This document shows, piece after piece, positions 58,507-64,000 of a stretch of 64,000 bases of DNA. Location of the stretch: contig OZ025784.1 of assembly GCA_964019425.1 (NCBI GenBank), positions 868,001 to 932,000 on the forward strand. The letters are read 5' to 3'. The position numbers and the translations under genes were made by a program. The notes under the pieces were generated by a model. That model was not told the origin of the DNA, ran no database searches, and saw only the letters and a list, made by a program, of their open reading frames with translations. Every line of letters begins with the position of its first letter. Position 1 is the stretch's first letter. The DNA comes from Flectonema sp. DT1601. Lineage: Eukaryota.

Positions 58507-59459
58507 TTTTTGTTATTATATTGTCTTGAGCCTTTATCTCTGCTGGCTGAAGGTTTGTCCTCAATTTGAGTTGACGATAGCCCGTCGGCTGGAAAGAGAG
58601 ACTTGTTGTAACTTTTTATATTTTTTTTATTTCTGAGACTTAGATCAAACCTGGTTTGATCGCAGCACGTGTGCGCGAGACAACCAGGTTTGTGAAAGTC
58701 AAATGTTTTTTCTGTTCTTATTCTTCTTCAGTTTCGTTGAGGATGAAATTACTTTTTTTTGTTTGGCGTTTGCTAAAATTTCAAGACTGTGGTTAACGAG
58801 CACATCTGCGCAAGATACCTAACATTCGGAAAATGTTTTTTTTTTTTTTTTTTTTTTTGAAATTTCATGTTATGTTTTTATAACTATCTAGTATAAAGGA
58901 AACACGTTATTGTTTTTGACGAGACCAGCTGCTGCTTTTTCGTCTATCAGCTGAACAAGTTCTGCTGACAGATTTTCTATTTTTTTTTTAAATTCTAAAC
59001 AACAGATGAGATATGAATAGAGTACAGTCTTTCGGTTTGCATCTTATTCGTTTTTTTCAAAAAATTGTGTTGTTATTCCTTATTATTATTTATTTTTATG
59101 AAACATAATGAATGTTGTTTTACAATTTTTTTTTTTGGACATTTGTTGTTGCGTAGAACTGCAGCACATGTGCGCGAGAAAAATGCTGGTATTTCCATCG
59201 TTTCTGTAAAAGAAAAAAAATAACTACTTTTTTTGAAAAAAAAAATTCTTCTTACAGGGTCACACGTCACATGTTGTAGGAAGATTGGGTCCTTACTGAT
59301 GCGGGCTACCCAGACCCCCTCGTAGTCATCAGTTTGTATTTTGCTAACTAAATTATAGTTCCCTTGGCTAATCTCTACTTTTCTTATTCTCACTTTTCTG
59401 TTCTAAAATTAATGATACTAACTTATGGTTCCCTTGGCTGAGAAGGGCAAACGCGATGA

Positions 59460-59584
59460 GTAGGACAGGCCTGACACCGCAGTGTCCCCTTGCTCTCTTC
59501 GCTGAAGAGGGCTGGGTAAGGGGAATGGTCTGAAGAAAGATTGTTTTTAATCTTAGCCCGAAACCAACTTGTTTGTTGTCCTAC
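59460..59584 (+). ncRNA. Hammerhead ribozyme, non-circularly permuted (family B, most complete copy)
   Basis: Outer helix gtaggaca 59460-59467/tgtcctac 59577-59584; clamp tccccttg/taagggga; CTGAAGA 59502-59508; GUC ending at 59530; agccc-GAAA-cca 59555-59566. Confidence 0.7.
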
Positions 59585-59724
59585 GAATTTTACTTTTTTT
59601 TGATTGACTGATAATTATTAATACTAACTAACTAGGAAGTTATAAACATTTCAAACACAAAAACATCTATTTATTTCCCCCTTTCCTTTTAGATAAAAAA
59701 CAACCAACTCATACTAAAATACTG

Positions 59725-61089
59725 ATGCAGGTTTCTTTATGTTGTCCAGACCTCGGATTTCAACCAGTTTTGATAAATGTTAATAAAGACACGCTAGTGA
59801 GTGATGCGTTAAAAACTGCGTCATCCGAATGGGATATCGATCCTGAAGAAATTGACGTTGAGTTCGCAGGAGATCCCCTAAATGTAAAGTCATTGTTGAT
59901 ATCTTTGGTATCGTTTGATGCAGAGTTGTTGGTATCACGGAAACGATTTCGAATTTTTGATAAAAATTGGTTCAGTGACGACGAATTGAGAGAACAACTC
60001 TTCTACAGATATGCGAATAACGGAGAAGACTTCTTACTAGTTGATTCTTCAACTTTCGTAGTGAATGACTCTCTTTGTTTTAGGGGACTCAAACTACCTC
60101 CTGAAGTAAAATTGATTTCACTACGCGAACCCAACACCGATGTGACTGTTGTTGATCGTTATTTCTTGTCGGAGTGTGATTCTCTTACACAAATAGATTT
60201 ATCGTTGATGTCTCACATCACTGAAATTGATAATAATTTTTTAAATCAATCGACTTCTTTAGTTGATATTGACATGAGCTATTTCAGTAGTTTGGTTGTG
60301 ATAAAAAATTTCTTTCTTTCGGAATGCAAGTCACTTTTAAATATAAATTTTTCAAATCTCCAAAACGTAACTTCAATTGGAGGATGTTTCTTACTACACT
60401 GCTCATCTATCGCTTTTATTGATTTTTCTGATTTTTGTAATGTGACTGATATTCGATATAGTTTTTTATGTGGGTGTTCATCTTTGTTGTCTATCGATCT
60501 ATCAATGCTAAGCAACTTAACGCAAATTGGAGATGGTTTTTTACAAAAATGCTCATCTGTTAAAACGGTTGAATTGCCGTCGTTCATTAATCAAAATGAG
60601 ATTTGCAACAACTTTCTTTTTTGTTGTTCTTCTCTGTCTTCAATCAGATTCAAAGACCCAGGTAACATAGTCTCCATTGGATATAATTTTTTAAAAAAGT
60701 GCACGTCTCTCACTAAACTTGATCTGTCGGGTTTTTGTTGCGTTAAGTCAATTGGTGATATGTTTCTCTCGGAGACATTAATAATTGAAGTCGACTTGTC
60801 AGGTTTTCGTAACGTGACCTCGATTGGATATAGATTTCTGTCTAATTGTCAAATGTTAGAATTACTTGACTTGTCAAGTATATGTTTAATTACTAAAATA
60901 GAAATTGATTTCTTACGTTCCTGTTCTTCTCTGAAAGATATTAATTTATCGACATTTTGTAGTGTTGTTCAGATTGAAGACGGATTCCTCGAGGGATGTG
61001 ACGCGGTTACGAAACTTCACTTACCTGAAGGTAATCGAAATCTCTTTTTGGAAACTGATCGGCTGTTCTATGGAGAACCTTGTTTTTAG
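59725..61089 (+). CDS. Ubiquitin-like N-terminus + BspA-like leucine-rich repeat protein
   Basis: ~25-aa repeats IG..FL..C.SL..IDLS...VT. Confidence 0.88.
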   Translation: MQVSLCCPDLGFQPVLINVNKDTLVSDALKTASSEWDIDPEEIDVEFAGDPLNVKSLLISLVSFDAELLVSRKRFRIFDKNWFSDDELREQLFYRYANNGEDFLLVDSSTFVVNDSLCFRGLKLPPEVKLISLREPNTDVTVVDRYFLSECDSLTQIDLSLMSHITEIDNNFLNQSTSLVDIDMSYFSSLVVIKNFFLSECKSLLNINFSNLQNVTSIGGCFLLHCSSIAFIDFSDFCNVTDIRYSFLCGCSSLLSIDLSMLSNLTQIGDGFLQKCSSVKTVELPSFINQNEICNNFLFCCSSLSSIRFKDPGNIVSIGYNFLKKCTSLTKLDLSGFCCVKSIGDMFLSETLIIEVDLSGFRNVTSIGYRFLSNCQMLELLDLSSICLITKIEIDFLRSCSSLKDINLSTFCSVVQIEDGFLEGCDAVTKLHLPEGNRNLFLETDRLFYGEPCF

Positions 61090-61215
61090 TGAAAAGAGAG
61101 AAAAGACAAAAAAAAAAAAAAAAAAAAAGTGTTTTTGAACTTTTTTTTTTTTGTAATTTTTGTGAATTTTTTAAACTATTTCTCAGAACTTTAGTTTCGT
61201 ATAATAAACAAAAAA

Positions 61216-61944
61216 ATGGAGGTAGAAATTTACATCAACCCTGACGAGGATGGACAGCACAACAGTCGAACAATTAAAGTAAAATCAAAAATAAAAAAAA
61301 TGACATCAGCTGCTCAGAGACAAGTTGCTCATCGATTGTTCTACGGAGAGCGGATTAGAAAACGAATTCCAGATGACAACAACAATAATAGTGCGGCTAC
61401 TCGGACAAGGAAATCCGAAGACGAGCTTCGAAAATTATGCGACCGACTCAGCTGCGGACGTCCTAAGTACACTACTCTCAAAGACAATGAAACTTCTGAT
61501 AATAAAAAACGTCCATGGGTCGTGGGAGACGATACTTGTCCTTTTGAATTAAAGTACCTGTCAGTTCAGGACCCTAATTTAAAGATGTTTTGGTCTCGTA
61601 AAAAGGTAATCCGAAGTATTAAAGAAAAAGAACCAAAAGAAAGATCCTCATCAAAACCCATTCGAATTCCCCAGCTGGGGGAACTTCAATCAAACGAGTC
61701 GCTGTTGCCGTTTTTGTCTCAAAAATCTTCTTCTGGTGGCTTCCAACGAGGTGAGAGTAGTAGTTCAGTAATGCATATTCCGCTTCTGTCTCAATCTCAC
61801 TCAACGTGTGAGTCGAACTTTACGTCTAATCGAAACAGTCAGTCGACACTTTTTAATAACAACTCATTCTATCCTCAACAACAGGACTTTCCTCGTCATA
61901 CTTCAACTTCGTCAACTGAAACGTTTCACAGTTCTATTTATTAG
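61216..61944 (+). CDS. Hypothetical basic/Ser-rich protein
   Basis: 242-aa ORF after an A-run; RL-type motifs (AHRLF, CDRLS). Confidence 0.55.
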   Translation: MEVEIYINPDEDGQHNSRTIKVKSKIKKMTSAAQRQVAHRLFYGERIRKRIPDDNNNNSAATRTRKSEDELRKLCDRLSCGRPKYTTLKDNETSDNKKRPWVVGDDTCPFELKYLSVQDPNLKMFWSRKKVIRSIKEKEPKERSSSKPIRIPQLGELQSNESLLPFLSQKSSSGGFQRGESSSSVMHIPLLSQSHSTCESNFTSNRNSQSTLFNNNSFYPQQQDFPRHTSTSSTETFHSSIY

Positions 61945-62853
61945 TATTTTTTTGATTGTTGGGGGGGGGGGGGGGGGGGGGGGGGGGGACAGCACACGTA
62001 AACCTCCTTTAGCTTTCATCAAGGTTAACTTGTTTTTATATTACTGTTTTCTCTGTATGGTTTTAAGATAACCTCAAATCTACGTGGGAAAAATTCTCCT
62101 GCTTTGGTTTTATGTTCTTTATTCATGTTCTGCACCTTTATTATTTAAAAGAGAGACTTTCCAGTCTCTTTTATTGTTTCTTTCTTTCGTATGTTCGATC
62201 ACTTTTCAGTGAATGTGATGTTCTTACGGCAATTGTGTTCATCGTAGGAAAAAAAAAAAAAAATTTCTGTTTATACATCGTCAGATTGTTTCAGACGATC
62301 ATTCCAACGGTCATGAATTGTGTTCTCTGTTGTTGTGAATTACTCTCTCAGGGTACTTATAAATATACAGTAACGTTTTTTGGTTTAAAAAGTTGACTTA
62401 AAACTTAGCGTTTATTCATGCTGCAGTTTAATATAATTGATGTGCGTTGGTGGGTTGAGGGTGGTAATCAGTTTGTGTTTCTACAGGCGGTTGTGCTCCT
62501 CAATTGTGTCCTCTGTTGTTGTTAGTTCTTAGACAACTCGGAGTAATTTAAAGTTAAGAGCTATCCTTTTTGGGGTTTTTCTTTTATTATTTCAGACGAT
62601 CATTCTGTTTTCTTTTTTTTTATTTATTTGTGTCATCCAACCTGTTGAGATGTCATAGTTTTGATCTTCTCAAGAAATATTTCAATGATAGAGATCCAAT
62701 AAGGTGCAATAAAAAGTTAGCTCAATCAATCCGATGTATTTAGTTACACAGACACACACCCCAATGGATGATTAACCACTTTCGGTAGGACAGATTCCTA
62801 TAAAAGTCATTTTACAATAATTCACACTTAAACTCAACAGTTAAATATAAACC

Positions 62854-64000
62854 ATGAGAGTACTCAGTCTCTTTATATTGTTATCCTTATTGGGTGTTGG
62901 TAGTTCACAATGCACGGCTTCGACTCTGATTGTGACGGGAAGCACGACTTACGACTGCAGGATGGATTTGTCGTTGGAAGTAACCCTCCACTGGAACCGT
63001 GTAGCGAGTGGTATGGTTGCTGTTGCGGCCACCACGTCGGTCAACGGATGGTTTTCAGTGTCGTTTCCTAATGCTTTGGGTTCCATGGTGCCTGCTATTG
63101 GTGTCGCATCGACCAGTGCGACGGTTGCGGACATCTTCTCGATTACTGGAAGGTCAGCGGCTGGAATCACTTCAACGACGTCGGCAAACATCAACACCCC
63201 GACGACTGAGATCACGGGTGGCATGCGTATTCTGAGATTCAACGTCCCTTCGACTTTTTTGACGGCTGCCAAGCCAGTAAACTTCGCTTTCCATTCAAAT
63301 GAGATGGCATTTCCCATGAACGTCCATACTTTCCGAGGTACTTTGCTTGTGCATTTCGTAGATGTGACAGTTGCTCCTGCCCCGACTCCATTACCTACTC
63401 CACCACCGACTCCGCTGCCGACTCCACCGCCGCCTCCGCTGCCAACTCCGCCACCAACTCCACCACCGACTCCGCCGCCAACTCCGCTGCCAACTCCGCT
63501 GCCAACTCCGCTGCCAACTCCACCACCAACTCCACCACCGACTCCGCCGCCAACTCCGCCACCAACTCCACCACCGACTCCGCCGCCAACTCCGCTGCCA
63601 ACTCCACCACCAACTCCACCACCGACTCCGCCGCCAACTCCGCCACCAACTCCACCACCGACTCCGCCGCCAACTCCGCTGCCAACTCCACCACCAACTC
63701 CACCACCGACTCCGCCGCCAACTCCGCCACCAACTCCACCACCGACTCCGCTGCCAACTCCACCACCAACTCCACCACCGACTCCGCCGCCAACTCCGCC
63801 GCCAACTCCGCTGCCAACTCCGCCGCCAACTCCACCACCTCCAACTCTGCCACCTACGCCACCTCCAACTTCGCCGCCAACTCCGCTGACGACTCCACCA
63901 CCAACTACATCGGTGGTTCCAACTCCGCCTGCTGTTACTAACGCTCCAACTGATGACACAATTAACTTTGAAGTAGTCGCAGAATTGAGTGATCTGGTTA
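62854..64000 (+). CDS. DOMON family paralog 4 with long (PTPP/PTPL)n stalk; runs off the window end
   Basis: Same leader and signal peptide, one DOMON repeat, then the NFEVVAELSDLV segment shared with the paralogs. No stop codon occurs in the window, which is why it is absent from the ORF track. Confidence 0.85.
   Translation, partial: MRVLSLFILLSLLGVGSSQCTASTLIVTGSTTYDCRMDLSLEVTLHWNRVASGMVAVAATTSVNGWFSVSFPNALGSMVPAIGVASTSATVADIFSITGRSAAGITSTTSANINTPTTEITGGMRILRFNVPSTFLTAAKPVNFAFHSNEMAFPMNVHTFRGTLLVHFVDVTVAPAPTPLPTPPPTPLPTPPPPPLPTPPPTPPPTPPPTPLPTPLPTPLPTPPPTPPPTPPPTPPPTPPPTPPPTPLPTPPPTPPPTPPPTPPPTPPPTPPPTPLPTPPPTPPPTPPPTPPPTPPPTPLPTPPPTPPPTPPPTPPPTPLPTPPPTPPPPTLPPTPPPTSPPTPLTTPPPTTSVVPTPPAVTNAPTDDTINFEVVAELSDLV
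63380..63905 (+). repeat. 12-bp coding tandem repeat (Pro/Thr-rich)
   Basis: ccaactccgccg / ccgactccacca variants. Confidence 0.95.

Noticed and set aside
59502..59590. Canonical type I hammerhead using gttGTC
   Set aside because: It needs a bulge in stem III and a 3-nt bulge at the base of stem I; tgtcctac pairs better with gtaggaca.
62949..63959. Gly-rich minus-strand ORF
   Set aside because: It is the antisense of the Pro-rich DOMON paralog starting at 62854.

Overview
AT-rich eukaryotic genomic DNA, probably a euglenozoan protist such as a diplonemid. This assignment is inferred from all genes lying on the + strand, few short GT-AG introns, polypyrimidine/AG tracts before start codons, Ubl-LRR and Ubl-PDZ genes, and euglenozoan-like SSU rDNA fragments. 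The first ~32 kb is repeat-rich. It holds a DOMON/cytochrome b561-type gene family (a fourth copy starts at 62854), GT47 and GT77 glycosyltransferases, a 5'-truncated Penelope-like retroelement whose RT is fused to a Josephin-like cysteine protease, a decayed RNase H-bearing LINE, MITEs and rDNA debris. The second half is a gene-dense unidirectional cluster: PLAC8, a Dicer-type helicase-DUF283 protein with a Q-rich tail and no RNase III, Ubl-PDZ-TM, Ubl-2OG-Fe-like, cNMP-binding, SCOT, three tandem purple acid phosphatases, a mitochondrial carrier and Ubl-LRR. The main finding is two sequence-unrelated repeat families (A at 6103-6189 in the Penelope 3' region; B at 9854, 19098 and 59460). Both contain all hammerhead ribozyme core elements in a non-circularly permuted order (CUGANGA strand, then NUH strand, then GAAA strand), with the same two extra clamp helices. 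All calls come from motif reading by eye; no database searches were run.
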